64,000 nucleotides of DNA from Mycobacteriales bacterium (GCA_036267875.1 DATAVE010000160.1:5420-69419), one strand, 5' to 3'; counted from the stretch's first letter, positions 18,470 through 29,146 are shown. The notes: generated by a model not told the origin, from the letters alone. Program-made: numbers and translations.

Positions 18470-18741
18470 GTCGGCTGCGCGCGGTTGCGGTGCTGGCGGC
18501 GATCTTCGTCGTCGGCTTCGTGGCGTTCGGCTGGGCTTGGCACGGCGCCCGCCACGCGACGTACGTTCCGCTGCAGGCGCCGTGGGTGATCTCGGGAGGA
18601 CTGGGCGCGATCGCGCTGGTCGGGCTCGCGATCGCCGCGTGGCACATCGACCTCGCGCGCCGCGACGACATCAAGCATCGCTCCGATTGGGATGACTTCA
18701 CCCAGGACCTCAGCGAGGCACTGGCCGAGCGCCAGACCTGA
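18466..18741 (+). CDS. small 2-TM membrane protein, member 2
   Basis: GTG start overlapping the upstream stop. Same architecture (TM-GW-loop-TM-RRDD tail). Paralogous to 18796-19164. Confidence 0.45.
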   Translation: MSRLRAVAVLAAIFVVGFVAFGWAWHGARHATYVPLQAPWVISGGLGAIALVGLAIAAWHIDLARRDDIKHRSDWDDFTQDLSEALAERQT

Positions 18742-18765
18742 TCGGCGGTGCTAGTAGGCGCCTTC

Positions 18766-18775
18766 CCAGATCTGG
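18766..18775. repeat. perfect 10-bp palindrome CCAGATCTGG on the symmetry axis between the convergent locus copies
   Basis: Read directly from the sequence. Lies in the 54-nt gap between the stops at 18741 (+) and 18796 (-). Confidence 0.5.
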
Positions 18776-18795
18776 CGTCCGCCGTTGGCGAGATG

Positions 18796-19164
18796 CTACT
18801 TCTTTCTGGTGCGCGCCGGCTTGGCCGGTATGGCGAGCTGCGCGACGGCCGATCGAAGCTCGCGGGCGAAGCCGGCAAGCTCGTGCACATGCCGCGCCTC
18901 TTCGCGGCGGCTCAGATGCGCCGACAGCGCCGCGGCCGAAAGCCCAGCAAGAGCCAGTCCGCCGATCCCGCCGGAGATCAGCCACGGCAGCTCGCTCGCG
19001 ACATCCCGGGTGTGGTCATCCCCGACGTAGCCGGCGATCATCAGGCCGAACCCGGCAAGGACCAGCAGGGTGAGGATCACCGTCGCACGAACGCCCGGGT
19101 CGAGCAGGCTGGCCACCCAACGGGGCAGCGTCAGCGTGACCTGCTCGCGTCCCTTGTCAGTCAT
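18796..19164 (-). CDS. small 2-TM membrane protein, member 2' (copy B)
   Basis: Start MTDKGREQVTL; helices ILTLLVLAGFGLMIAGY and ISGGIGGLALAGLSAAAL. ATGA overlap with the upstream gene. Confidence 0.45.
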   Translation of the reverse strand: MTDKGREQVTLTLPRWVASLLDPGVRATVILTLLVLAGFGLMIAGYVGDDHTRDVASELPWLISGGIGGLALAGLSAAALSAHLSRREEARHVHELAGFARELRSAVAQLAIPAKPARTRKK

Positions 19165-19448
19165 CGACTCTCGATCGAGGACCGGAGGTCGTGCAGCGCG
19201 TCGGTCAGGGCCGCCATCTCGCGCGAACGCTTGGCGCCGTCCTGTCGGCGGGCGGCGACGTTGATGACGACCAACCCGACCATGACCAGTCCGATGCCGG
19301 GAAGGCCCGCGGACAGGACGTAGGGAACCTGCTGCCAGGAGTTGGGCTTGCCCGCGGCTTCTGACCAGCCGATGAGGATCAGCGCGAACCCGGCGAGGGC
19401 CAGCACGATGCCGACGTACGTCGGGATCCGGGACTCTGGCTCCGTCAT
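19161..19448 (-). CDS. small 2-TM membrane protein, member 1' (copy B)
   Basis: Start MTEPESRIPTYVGIVLALAGFALILIGWSE; its ATG overlaps the stop of the upstream gene. About 60% identical to 18140-18469. Confidence 0.5.
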   Translation of the reverse strand: MTEPESRIPTYVGIVLALAGFALILIGWSEAAGKPNSWQQVPYVLSAGLPGIGLVMVGLVVINVAARRQDGAKRSREMAALTDALHDLRSSIESR

Positions 19449-20464
19449 GACTGGTGTCTCCTTGGTGTGGCATCGGATGTGAAGACTCGTACGAAGAAGA
19501 CCGCGCCGAGCAACATCAGCAGCGGCACGATGAACACGACGGGATAGCGGAAGCCGCGGCCGACCGTGGTCGGGTAGGCGACCTCGGTCTGCGGTGCGAT
19601 CTCGGGCGCACCGGCGGGCGGCACCTCGACTGTGGTGGTGCCCGGCAAGGTAACGCCCGGAATCGCTGGGGCCACCGTCGCGCCTGACGGCGTCGGCATC
19701 GGCACGATGGGCGTGCTGCCGCCCGGGCTCACCGATGCGCTGGTCGTGATCAGTGAGTGGATTCTCGTCGTCGGTGTTGCCGTCGTGTGGGCCGCGAAAG
19801 TGACCAGCCACGTCGAGGTCAGGGACTTGTCTGCAGTGCTTGGGCTGGGGATCAAGGCGATCCCGTCGCGCGGGCGACCGATCTCCCATCCCCGCAGGAA
19901 CGGCGTGAGATCGAGGGTGAAGGCGTTGTGCTTCGCGTCGTACTTCAGCGGTGCGTTGACGAAGCAGTCAGTCTTCGGAAGCGCGCCGGTGCCTCCAGAC
20001 GGTGCGTCCGGAAACTTCTGAGTCACCGCGCAAGCCTCGATCTTCGCTGTCGCCGGCGAGATGGTGCCCGCCGTGGGACTGGTGTCGATCGGCAGGACCA
20101 TCTGGCCGTGCGCGTCCGTGCCCTTGTGCACCGCGCTCAGGTCAGGCAGCACATAGGCGCGCTCGGATTCCTGGCCGAGGATGTTGCCGACCCGGATCGA
20201 GTTCAGCGGGGCGAGCGAGAGCAGCTTCGAGACGATCGCGCCGAGCTGCGGGCACAGCGGGATCGACGCGCACTTCGGGATCGGCAACGTGGTGTACCAG
20301 GTCTCGGCCACGTCGGGCACGCCGTTCGTCGAGGCGGGCGGCTGCGCGACGGAAGTGGCGTGGAAAGGGTTGGCACCGATCGACATCGCGGCGGCCGGGG
20401 TCAACGGCAATACGGCGACGCCGACCGCGACTGTGGCGACCGCGATACGTGCGAGGCGGGTCAT
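19445..20464 (-). CDS. secreted Pro/Thr-rich protein with a C-terminal TM anchor (copy B)
   Basis: Start MTRLARIAVATVAVGV overlaps the SBP stop (ATGA). Shares the AETWYTTLP...C..LC block and a C-terminal anchor FIVPLLMLLGAVFFV. Confidence 0.55.
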   Translation of the reverse strand: MTRLARIAVATVAVGVAVLPLTPAAAMSIGANPFHATSVAQPPASTNGVPDVAETWYTTLPIPKCASIPLCPQLGAIVSKLLSLAPLNSIRVGNILGQESERAYVLPDLSAVHKGTDAHGQMVLPIDTSPTAGTISPATAKIEACAVTQKFPDAPSGGTGALPKTDCFVNAPLKYDAKHNAFTLDLTPFLRGWEIGRPRDGIALIPSPSTADKSLTSTWLVTFAAHTTATPTTRIHSLITTSASVSPGGSTPIVPMPTPSGATVAPAIPGVTLPGTTTVEVPPAGAPEIAPQTEVAYPTTVGRGFRYPVVFIVPLLMLLGAVFFVRVFTSDATPRRHQS

Positions 20465-21972
20465 CCGATCGCCTGCTCGCCGGAGGTGTACTGGAAACAC
20501 TTGCAACCTGAGGAGTAGGCACCCATGCGGATGGCGTCGACCCCGTCTGAGCGGTTGGCGGTGTCGACCCCGAACGTCTGATCGGAGTGGTAGGACGAAC
20601 CGACTGAATGTGTCGCGGCGACGAAGGTGCTGCGGGTGAGCGCCTGGCCGGCCGGAATCGCCGCGACGACCGCGTCGAGATAGTCGAACTCATCGCAGAT
20701 CTGGATCGTTCCGGCCTTCTCGTTGGCGGTCGTGATCGGTTGGCCGTGGGTGTGCATGTAGGACAGGCAGGCATTGCCGCCGGGGCGGATGCTGCTCGTA
20801 TCTGCGACATCCTGCGCGGGGATCCAGCCGACGAACTCCGCTCCCGCCAGCTCCCGCGCGGAGATGTTCGAGGCGAGGTCACCCAAGGGCTCGTCACTGG
20901 AAAGGGCGTACTTCGGGTAGTAGCCCTGCGGACCTGCCTCGAGGCCGAAGCCGGCCGAAAGAAAGCCGTTGTTCTCGACGAACATCAGGTTGGTGATGCC
21001 CTCGGAGCGGAAGCGCAGGTCCGCGCCCTCCATCTGCGTGAGCAGCGCGGTGAGGTCACCGGTCGAGGCGACGTAGTGCAGCGCGATCTTGTCCTGAACA
21101 TCGATGTGGCGGGCCCGAAGCTCCGCTTCCAGGACCTTCTCGCCGGCGACGTACGGCGCCGTCTCGTAGTAGAGGATTCCGACCTTCGCGCCCGGTTGGA
21201 ACCAATGGGCTGCCACCAGTCGAGGAACCTCGATCTTCGCGAGCCGATCGAGGCTGATCGAGTTCGGGAAGACGGCTCCGGACAGCGACGCCAGGTCGCT
21301 GTCGGTGTATCCGGTGACGTTGGCGTTGACGATCCCGGCGACGCCACCGCTTAGTGCGCAGCGCAGGAAGTTGTCGGTCATCCCGAAGTCGAACACGACC
21401 TGTACCGGGTGGTCCTGCGTGAACTCGTCGCAGGCGCCCTGCTCGTACGTCGACTGCGAGGTGTTCGGGTTGATGTCGTAGAAGTAGGGCTTGATCGGGT
21501 GGCCGGACAGCCCGCCGGCCTTGTTGATCTTTGCGATCTCCAGGTCAGCGACCGCGCGCCCGTCCGCGGAAGCGAGGCCCTTGCCGATCCCGCTGAGGAC
21601 CGTCGAGCTGGCGGCGGCGTCGAGGTATGGGAACCCGATCGTGATCGGGGTGTGCGCGCTGACGGCCGGTCCGGTCGGCGTTGCCGAGCTAGCGCGCGTG
21701 GGTGAGCTGCCGGCCGCGATGGTCGTTGTGGCGCCTTGGGCGGGCAGCACATTGATCGAAGGGCCTGCACTGGAACCGGCGACGCTCGGAGTGCCCGTCG
21801 TGCTTGCACCGCTGGTTGGCACAGCGACCGTCGTGGGAGTTCCGCCGGCCGTGATCGTCTGGACCTGAGCGTCCTGGGTGCCGACAGCACGGGGCTCGAG
21901 GGTGGACCCGCAGGCGACCAGGGAGAGCATCACGATCGTGCCTACCGCGGCTCGGTGAAGCGAGTGACTCAT
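20461..21972 (-). CDS. lipoprotein, LivK-like substrate-binding protein B1
   Basis: Start MSHSLHR...LSLVACGS overlaps the upstream stop (ATGA). Thr-rich linker, PBP type-I domain with the FTQDH motif. C-terminal CKCFQYTSG. Confidence 0.8.
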   Translation of the reverse strand: MSHSLHRAAVGTIVMLSLVACGSTLEPRAVGTQDAQVQTITAGGTPTTVAVPTSGASTTGTPSVAGSSAGPSINVLPAQGATTTIAAGSSPTRASSATPTGPAVSAHTPITIGFPYLDAAASSTVLSGIGKGLASADGRAVADLEIAKINKAGGLSGHPIKPYFYDINPNTSQSTYEQGACDEFTQDHPVQVVFDFGMTDNFLRCALSGGVAGIVNANVTGYTDSDLASLSGAVFPNSISLDRLAKIEVPRLVAAHWFQPGAKVGILYYETAPYVAGEKVLEAELRARHIDVQDKIALHYVASTGDLTALLTQMEGADLRFRSEGITNLMFVENNGFLSAGFGLEAGPQGYYPKYALSSDEPLGDLASNISARELAGAEFVGWIPAQDVADTSSIRPGGNACLSYMHTHGQPITTANEKAGTIQICDEFDYLDAVVAAIPAGQALTRSTFVAATHSVGSSYHSDQTFGVDTANRSDGVDAIRMGAYSSGCKCFQYTSGEQAIG

Positions 21973-23462
21973 CCGATCGGCTGCGGACCGGAGGTGTACT
22001 TGAAGCACTTGCAGCCTTCGTCGTACGCACCCATCCGAATCGCATCGGCTCCGTCGGAGCGGCTCGAGGTGTTGACGCTCAGCGCGTTGTCCGACTTGAA
22101 CGACGACCCGACAGCGTGGGTCGCCGCGACGAAGGTGCTGCGGGTGAGCGCCTGACCGGCAGGGATCTTCGCGACGACGGCTGCCAGGTAGTCGAACTGC
22201 TCGCAGATCGCGATCGAGCCCGCAATCTCGTTCGGGGTCGACATCGGCTGCCCATGCTGGTGCATGTAGGTCATGCAGGCCTTGCCGCCAGCCGGGATGT
22301 CACTCGTGTCGGGGACATCCTCGGACGGCACCCATCCCACGAACTGGGCGCCCTCGAGCTCGCGGGCGGAGACGTTCGCGTCGACGTTGCCGAGCGGCTC
22401 GTCGCTGGTGAACGCGTACTTCGGGTAGTAGCCCTGAGGTCCCGCCTCCAGCCCGAAGAAGCCCGACAGGAAGGCGTTGGTCTCGACGAACATCATGTTG
22501 GTCACGCCCTCGGTGCGAAAGCGCAGATCTGCACCCTGTGCCTGGGTCAGCAGCGTGGTGAGGTCGCTCGTCGACGCGACCGGGTGCATCGCGATCCGGT
22601 CCTTCACTGCGATGTGGTTGGCGGCGAGGTCGGACTCCAGGTCCTTCTCCGCGGTGATGTACGGCGCGGACTCCTCGTAGAGGATGCCGATCTTGGCGCC
22701 GGGCTGGAACCAGTGCGTCGCGACGAGGCGCTGCACCTCGATCTTGGCGAGCCGGTCCAGGCTGATGCCATCCGGGTAGACCAACCCCGGCAGCGAGGCC
22801 AGGTCGGCCGAGGTGAGCCCAGGCACGCCTGTGTCGATGATTCCGGCGATGCCTCCTGACAACGCACACCGCTGGAAGTTGAGACTCATCCCCGGATCCA
22901 TGTCGATCTGGACCGGGTGGTCCTGGGTGAACTGGTCGCAGGTGCCCTGCTCGTAGGTCGCCTGAGGGGTGTTCGGGTTGATGTCGTAGAAGTACGGCTT
23001 GATCGGATGCCCGCTCAGGCCGCCAGCCTTGTTGATCCGCGTTATCTCGAGCTCGGTGACCTTCAAGGTGTCCGCTGAAGCCAGACCCTTGCCGATCCCG
23101 CTGAGGACGGATGAGCTCGTCGCCGCGTCGATGTAGGGAATGCCGACGGTGATCGGCGTGTGGTCACTCACTGTTGGGGCGCTCGATGTCGAGCCGCCGG
23201 TCGTCGGCTCGCCGCTGGTCGCGATCGTGGGCGTCGCGCCATCGGTAGGGAGTACGTCGACCGACGACGGGGTCGTGCCAGGCGCTGAGGTGGTCGTGAC
23301 GACCGATGGCCCAGTGGCGCTCGTCGGCGTGCCGGCGCCCTGGATCACCTGCACTTGCGAGCCGGATGTGGCGACACCACGAGGCTCGAGTGTGGAGCCG
23401 CAGGCCGCTAGCGAAAGGGCCGCGACCGCGACGAAGACCGGGCCCATTAACCGCCGCGACAT
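21969..23462 (-). CDS. lipoprotein, LivK-like substrate-binding protein B2
   Basis: Preferred start MSRRLMGPVFVAVAALSLAACGS; an alternative GTG lies 24 nt upstream. Same domain. C-terminal CKCFKYTSGPQPIG. Confidence 0.8.
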   Translation of the reverse strand: MSRRLMGPVFVAVAALSLAACGSTLEPRGVATSGSQVQVIQGAGTPTSATGPSVVTTTSAPGTTPSSVDVLPTDGATPTIATSGEPTTGGSTSSAPTVSDHTPITVGIPYIDAATSSSVLSGIGKGLASADTLKVTELEITRINKAGGLSGHPIKPYFYDINPNTPQATYEQGTCDQFTQDHPVQIDMDPGMSLNFQRCALSGGIAGIIDTGVPGLTSADLASLPGLVYPDGISLDRLAKIEVQRLVATHWFQPGAKIGILYEESAPYITAEKDLESDLAANHIAVKDRIAMHPVASTSDLTTLLTQAQGADLRFRTEGVTNMMFVETNAFLSGFFGLEAGPQGYYPKYAFTSDEPLGNVDANVSARELEGAQFVGWVPSEDVPDTSDIPAGGKACMTYMHQHGQPMSTPNEIAGSIAICEQFDYLAAVVAKIPAGQALTRSTFVAATHAVGSSFKSDNALSVNTSSRSDGADAIRMGAYDEGCKCFKYTSGPQPIG

Positions 23463-23477
23463 TGGTTGATAATCCCC

Positions 23478-23493
23478 CTGTAGCACTCTACAG
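23478..23493. promoter_or_regulatory. palindrome CTGTAG-N4-CTACAG in the divergent promoter region of copy B
   Basis: Perfect 6-bp arms in the 63-nt gap between divergent starts 23462 (-) and 23525 (+). Confidence 0.35.
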
Positions 23494-23524
23494 TCAAGGC
23501 TGACTGTAAGATGGGGAGCTGCGA

Positions 23525-24058
23525 ATGGTCCGGTTGCGGGGCGCTCTATGCGTCACGCTCGGGCTTGCGATCTTCGGACTGAGCGGCTGCGCAACCAGCC
23601 TTGCTGGCCTGGATTTCCGAACCGACAAACGGTTGTCGTTCATCGAGCCGCATAGTCGTGAGCAGGTCAAGCTGCCCGTGCACCTGGCATGGACCATGAA
23701 GGACTTCACCCCGGCCGCGCCCGGTTCCCAGCCACCGACCAAGACCGCGGGCTACTTCGCGATCTTCGTCGATCACACTGCGATCAAGCCGGGGCAGTCC
23801 ATGCGCGCGGTTGCTCACGGCGACTCGTTTTGCGAGTCCAATCCGAAGTGTCCGGATCGCGGCTATCTGGCGGAGCGACAGATCTATACGACGACCGCGA
23901 CGTCGTACGTGCTGCACAACGTGCTGCCGATCACGAACAACGACGAGCACGTCCAGCTGCACGCGGCGGTCATCGTGCTGATGGACACGGCGGGTAACCG
24001 CATCGGCGAGAGCTCATGGGAGATCGACTTCCGCACGGTCAACGAGAGTGACACGTGA
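23525..24058 (+). CDS. conserved lipoprotein of unknown function (copy B)
   Basis: Lipobox GLSGCATS and the shared motif LAWTMKDF. Paralog of 11480-12019. Confidence 0.6.
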   Translation: MVRLRGALCVTLGLAIFGLSGCATSLAGLDFRTDKRLSFIEPHSREQVKLPVHLAWTMKDFTPAAPGSQPPTKTAGYFAIFVDHTAIKPGQSMRAVAHGDSFCESNPKCPDRGYLAERQIYTTTATSYVLHNVLPITNNDEHVQLHAAVIVLMDTAGNRIGESSWEIDFRTVNESDT

Positions 24059-26229
24059 GCGAGCTCACCACCGACGCGATGCGCGAGCGGGCGCGGGCAA
24101 CACTGGGCGTCTCGGGTGACGGTCACAAGGAGCGGTTTCGTGACGTCGTACGTCGTGAGCACCTGTCCTACTACCCGATCCTTGCGCTCGGGCTGCTGAG
24201 CGTCGCGGACAACTTCCAGGGCTACGCGTTCACCGTCCTGACTCCGGACATCAGCCGCACCCTCGGCCTGACGATCGGCGCGATCCTGGTCGGCGTCGCA
24301 CTCAAGGGATTCGCCACTGCGATCGCGCCGCTCCCGGTCGCCGCGCTGTCGCAGAACCGCGCTCGTCGCGCCTTGCTCTGCATCATCACCGGTCTGGCGT
24401 GGAGCATCCTCACCCTGACCAGCGGCTTCGTCATCTCGCTGGCCGGGCTGATCACGGTCCTTGTCCTCGACGGGTTGAGCACCGGCAGTGTCACGTCGTT
24501 GCACGCGCCGCTCGTGATGGACAACTACCCGCCCCCGATCAGAGTGCGCGCGATGTCGTCCTACGCCGCTTTCCAGCTGCTGGGCAGCGTGGCGTCGCCA
24601 CTGCTGGTCGGCCTGCTCGGCGGCATCGCCGGATTCACCTGGCGTGGGGTCTTCTTGATCCTCGGCGGGATGTCGGTGCTGATGACGGTCGCCGCTCTCG
24701 GCTTGCGTGACCCGGGCTTCGGCAAGTGGGACACCGACCAGCTCAAGGCGAGTGTCCGGGAGGAGACCGGCGCAACGGTTCCTGCGGCGCAGGCCGACGC
24801 GCTGTCGGCGCAGGACGTCGCGCTCGGCTTCTGGGAGATCTGCCGGCGGATGCTGCTCATCCCGACCAACCGTCGGCTCTACGCAGGCGCTGCAACCTTC
24901 GGGATGTTGAGCATCCCGCTCACCGCGTTCCTGTCTTACTTCCTCTCGCAGCGTTGGAACCTGGGCGCCGGACAGCGCGGGCTGTTCTTCGCCTTCTACT
25001 CGTTCACCGGCGTAGTCGCGATCCTGCTGTACGGCGGTCGCGGCGAGCGGCAGTACCGCGAGTCGCCGTCGAAGGTGCTGCGAGCCGGCGGCATCGCGCT
25101 CGCGATCGGCGTCGTACTCGCCGCGGTCGGTGCGGAGATGCCGGTGTTCGGCGCGATGCTCGCGATGTTCGGCCTTGCGGGCGCCTCGATCGCGGTGCTG
25201 CTGCCGCTCCTCTATATAGCGCTGCTGTCGATCGTCCCGGCGAACATGCGACCGCACGCTCAGGCCCTGGTCGCGATCTTCGTCGCGATCGGTGGACTGC
25301 TGGGTGCGCTGCTGCTCAGCGGATTTCAGAGCCAGTTCGGGCTGAAGGGTTCGCTCGTCGCGCTTGCGATCCCGGGCGTCATCGGGGCACTCATCGTGGC
25401 CAGCGCGGGGTCGTTGATCGAGGCCGACCTGGACCGGATGATCGACGCGGTCCTCGAAGAGGAGGAGATCCGGCAGCTGCGGGCAGCGGGCAGCCACCTG
25501 CCGATGCTCGCCTGCAAGGGCGTCGACTTCTCCTACGGTCAGCTGCAGGTGCTGTTCGGCGTCGACTTCACCATCGACGACGGCGAGATGGTCGCGCTGC
25601 TCGGGACCAACGGCGCGGGCAAGTCGACGCTGCTCAAGGTCATCTCGGGAATCGGGCTGCCGTCGGCAGGCAGCGTGCGATACCGAGGCGAGGAGATCAC
25701 CTACCTCGATGCGGAACGGCGGCTGCGACTCGGTATCACCCAGGTGCCCGGCGGACACGCGGTCTTCGGACCGCTGACCGTGATCGAGAACCTTCGCACC
25801 TACGGCTACTCGCTCGGCGCTGACCGCAAGCGCGTCGAGGCCGGGATCGACACCTGCCTGAATACCTTCCCGCGACTCGAGGACCGTCGAAACTCACTCG
25901 CCAGCACGTTGTCCGGTGGCGAGCAGCAGATGCTCGGACTGTCCAAGGCGCTGATGATCAAGCCCAAGCTGCTGCTCATCGACGAGCTGTCGCTCGGCCT
26001 TGCGCCGGTGATCGTTGGACAGCTCTTGGAGCTGGTCCGGCAGATCAACGCCGAGGGCACCGCAGTGGTGCTCGTCGAGCAGTCGGTCAACATCGCACTC
26101 AACCTTGCCCACCACGCGTACTTCATGGAGAAGGGCGAGGTTCGCTTCGACGGACGCAGCGCCGACCTGCTTGCCCGCGACGACCTGCTCCGTGCGGTCT
26201 TCCTGCAGGGCGCAGGAGCTCAGAAATGA
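24055..26229 (+). CDS. fusion protein: MFS-like 12-TM domain plus LivF-type ABC ATPase (copy B)
   Basis: Collinear with 12019-14235. ATPase motifs GTNGAGKST and LSGGEQQMLGLSKAL. GTGA overlap with the upstream gene. Confidence 0.8.
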   Translation: MSELTTDAMRERARATLGVSGDGHKERFRDVVRREHLSYYPILALGLLSVADNFQGYAFTVLTPDISRTLGLTIGAILVGVALKGFATAIAPLPVAALSQNRARRALLCIITGLAWSILTLTSGFVISLAGLITVLVLDGLSTGSVTSLHAPLVMDNYPPPIRVRAMSSYAAFQLLGSVASPLLVGLLGGIAGFTWRGVFLILGGMSVLMTVAALGLRDPGFGKWDTDQLKASVREETGATVPAAQADALSAQDVALGFWEICRRMLLIPTNRRLYAGAATFGMLSIPLTAFLSYFLSQRWNLGAGQRGLFFAFYSFTGVVAILLYGGRGERQYRESPSKVLRAGGIALAIGVVLAAVGAEMPVFGAMLAMFGLAGASIAVLLPLLYIALLSIVPANMRPHAQALVAIFVAIGGLLGALLLSGFQSQFGLKGSLVALAIPGVIGALIVASAGSLIEADLDRMIDAVLEEEEIRQLRAAGSHLPMLACKGVDFSYGQLQVLFGVDFTIDDGEMVALLGTNGAGKSTLLKVISGIGLPSAGSVRYRGEEITYLDAERRLRLGITQVPGGHAVFGPLTVIENLRTYGYSLGADRKRVEAGIDTCLNTFPRLEDRRNSLASTLSGGEQQMLGLSKALMIKPKLLLIDELSLGLAPVIVGQLLELVRQINAEGTAVVLVEQSVNIALNLAHHAYFMEKGEVRFDGRSADLLARDDLLRAVFLQGAGAQK

Positions 26230-26233
26230 CACG

Positions 26234-29146
26234 GTGCTCCAAGTGACGAGAAAGAACCTGCTCAGCATCGCGGTCGGCGCGGTCGTCGTCGTGCTGTTGA
26301 AGCTGATCAGCGCCGAGCTCGCCAGGCACGGCGTCATCCACGCGTCGACTCCCGGCACCGTGATCCTGCTCGGCACGATCATCGGGATGACCTATGGGCT
26401 GCTGGCCGTCGGTCTGGTCCTGATCTATCGGACCAACCGGATCATCAACTTCGCGCACGGCCAGATCGGCGCGTTCGCGGCGGCGTTCTTCGCGCTGTGC
26501 GCCGTGAAGTGGCACTTCCCGTACTGGGCTGCGTTCCCTGTGGCGCTCGTTGTGGCGGGGATGACCGGCGCCGCGGCCGAGACCGCCGTCGTACGCCGGC
26601 TACGCACTGCGCCTCGGGTCGTCAGCGTGGTGGCCACGCTCGGCGTCGGCCAGTTCCTGGTGATCTTCGGGCTGCTCATCAACCCGTCCTCGAGCGCGGG
26701 ATCGCTGTTCCCGCAGCCGTCGTTCCTGCCGACCTTCAACGTCGGCGCACTTCGGGTGACCCCGGCGTACTCCGGGATGCTCATGCTCTCGCCGGTACTC
26801 GTGCTGGCGATCGCGGTATTCCTCAAGCGCAGCAGGTTCGGCCTCGCGGTCCGGGCGGCTGCTGCCAACCCGGACGCGGCCCGGATGGCGGGCATCTTCG
26901 CCAGCCGAACCTCCTCACTCGCCTGGGCGATCGCCGCGGTCTTGTCTGCGTTCACCGCGATTCTGACCGCGCCGACTCAGGTCGTCTCCGGCGCCAGCAG
27001 CTTCGGGCCGTCGCTGTTGCTTCGGGCGCTCGCGCCCGCCGTGCTCGCCCGGATGCAGAACATCCCGCAGGCGCTCATCGGCGGCATCGGGCTGGGGATC
27101 CTCGAGCAGATCCTGTTCTGGAACTACCACTCGTCCGGGGTGGTGGAGATCGTGCTGTTCTTCATCATCCTTGGCGCCTTGCTCCTGCAAAAGCAGCGCG
27201 GCGGGCGAGACGAGGAGAAGGGCAGCTGGGCATCGGTGCAGGCGCTGCGGCCGTTGCCGGAGGCCTACCGGAAGGTTTTCGCGATCCGCCGACTCGGGCT
27301 GATCACAGGCGTCGTATTCATCGGCCTGATCGCGCTGGTTCCGCTGGTCGCGAGTAACAGCCAGACGAACACCTTCACGGGGATCATGGCGGCCGCGATC
27401 GTCGGGTTGTCGATCGGTCTGCTGACCGGACTCGGTGGCCAGCTGACGCTCGGGCAGTTCGCGATTGCCGCGGTCGGCGCCATCGTGTCGTTCCAGGTCT
27501 CCAGGAGGATCGGCGACTTCCCGCTGGCGCTGCTCTACGCCGCGATCGTCTCTGGTGTCGTGTCGGTGCTCATCGGGCTGCCTTCCTTGCGGATTCGCGG
27601 GCTCATGCTGACCGTGACGACGCTGTCATTCGGGCTGGCTGCTACCGACTGGGCGCTGATGCAGCCGTGGGCCTTTGGCGGCACGAGCCGCCCACCCGGC
27701 GCCCCGATCGTCTTCGGCCACTCGCTGACGACCGGCCACTCCTATTACTACTTCGCGCTTGCGATCTTCGTCATCGCACTGGTGGTCTGTCGAAACGTAC
27801 GTACTGGAGGCTTCGGCCGGCTCCTTGTCGCGGTGCGGGACAACGAGGACAACGCCCGTGCCTTCGGCATCACGGCGAGCCTCGTGAAGATGCAGGGATA
27901 CTTCCTTGCCGGCGCGATCGCCGGCATCGGAGGTGCTGCGTTCGGTCACGCGCACAGCTACCTCAGTCCCGACGTCTTTCCGTCGAGCACCAGCATCGAT
28001 GTCGTGGTCATGACCGTGCTGGGCGGAGTGTCGGTGCTCGGCGGCCCGATCATCGGCGCGATCTGGGTGATGGGCCTGCCGTTGCTCAACCTCGGCAACA
28101 TCGGCCTGGCCGGCACCCAGCTCGGCGCGTTGGCGCTGATCCTGTGGAAGCCGTCCGGTCTCGTGGGCCTGTTCGAACCGATCCGCCAACTGGTCATCCG
28201 CGCGATCGCCAAGCGGGCCGGCGTCTTCCTCGGCGAGACCGCACCAGTTGCTGACGTGCCGCCGCAAGAGGCGACGGTCGCGCACGTACGCGAGTGGTCG
28301 GTCGCCGGCTCCAAGCTGCCTCCGGTTGCGGGCGCACGGCTACTCGAGGCGCGAGGTCTGCAGAAGCGCTTCGGCGGCGTCGTCGCCGTGAACGATGTGT
28401 CCTTCATGGTGCGGGCCGGCGAGACTCTGGGATTGATCGGCCCGAACGGTGCCGGCAAGACGACGACGTTCGAGATGCTCGGCGGCTTCACGAAGCCTGA
28501 CCGAGGTCACGTGTTCTTCGATCACCGCGACATCTCCTCGCTCGGTCCGGAGCGCCGCGCGGACCTCGGGCTGATCCGGTCGTTCCAGGACGCGTCGTTG
28601 TTCCAGACGATGACGGTCAAGGAGACGGTGATGCTCGCGCTCGAGCGCACCTCACCGACTCGGTTTGCCGCGGCGTTCCTCGGCGTGACTCCGGGTGAGC
28701 GTCGCAAGGAGCAGCGTGCCCGCGAGCTGCTTGGCATGCTCGGACTGGACCGCTACCGCGACTTCCAGATCGGCCAGCTATCGACCGGTACGCGACGGAT
28801 CACCGAGATCGCCTGCCTCGTCGCGCTGCAGCCGTCCTGTCTGCTGCTCGACGAGCCGTCGTCAGGTGTTGCGCAACGCGAGACCGAGGCGCTCGGCGTG
28901 CTGCTGCAGGACCTCAAGGCCCAGCTTGGCCTCACCCTCGTGATCATCGAGCACGACATCCCGCTGGTCAGCGCGCTCTCGGACCGGATGATCGCCATGG
29001 CCGATGGCGCGATCATCGCCGAAGGAACTCCCGAGCAAGTGCAGTCCAACTCCCTGGTGATCGACGCCTACCTCGGCGGCAGCCTGACCGCGATCGAGCG
29101 GTCCGGCCCAGCCCGGCCCTCGCGCAGAAAGGCAGTGACCGTATGA
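26234..29146 (+). CDS. LivH-LivM-LivG triple fusion (copy B); GTG start assigned by alignment to copy A (26243 is an alternative)
   Basis: Collinear with 14232-17132 ([13 protein letters not shown]; GPNGAGKTT; LSTGTRR). The ORF is open further upstream, but homology begins at [11 protein letters not shown]. Confidence 0.75.
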   Translation: MLQVTRKNLLSIAVGAVVVVLLKLISAELARHGVIHASTPGTVILLGTIIGMTYGLLAVGLVLIYRTNRIINFAHGQIGAFAAAFFALCAVKWHFPYWAAFPVALVVAGMTGAAAETAVVRRLRTAPRVVSVVATLGVGQFLVIFGLLINPSSSAGSLFPQPSFLPTFNVGALRVTPAYSGMLMLSPVLVLAIAVFLKRSRFGLAVRAAAANPDAARMAGIFASRTSSLAWAIAAVLSAFTAILTAPTQVVSGASSFGPSLLLRALAPAVLARMQNIPQALIGGIGLGILEQILFWNYHSSGVVEIVLFFIILGALLLQKQRGGRDEEKGSWASVQALRPLPEAYRKVFAIRRLGLITGVVFIGLIALVPLVASNSQTNTFTGIMAAAIVGLSIGLLTGLGGQLTLGQFAIAAVGAIVSFQVSRRIGDFPLALLYAAIVSGVVSVLIGLPSLRIRGLMLTVTTLSFGLAATDWALMQPWAFGGTSRPPGAPIVFGHSLTTGHSYYYFALAIFVIALVVCRNVRTGGFGRLLVAVRDNEDNARAFGITASLVKMQGYFLAGAIAGIGGAAFGHAHSYLSPDVFPSSTSIDVVVMTVLGGVSVLGGPIIGAIWVMGLPLLNLGNIGLAGTQLGALALILWKPSGLVGLFEPIRQLVIRAIAKRAGVFLGETAPVADVPPQEATVAHVREWSVAGSKLPPVAGARLLEARGLQKRFGGVVAVNDVSFMVRAGETLGLIGPNGAGKTTTFEMLGGFTKPDRGHVFFDHRDISSLGPERRADLGLIRSFQDASLFQTMTVKETVMLALERTSPTRFAAAFLGVTPGERRKEQRARELLGMLGLDRYRDFQIGQLSTGTRRITEIACLVALQPSCLLLDEPSSGVAQRETEALGVLLQDLKAQLGLTLVIIEHDIPLVSALSDRMIAMADGAIIAEGTPEQVQSNSLVIDAYLGGSLTAIERSGPARPSRRKAVTV

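Noticed and set aside
26015-26233. Upstream 73 codons of the copy-B LivHMG ORF
   Set aside because: They overlap the 3' end of the MFS-LivF gene in another frame. Alignment with copy A places the start at the GTG near 26234 or 26243.
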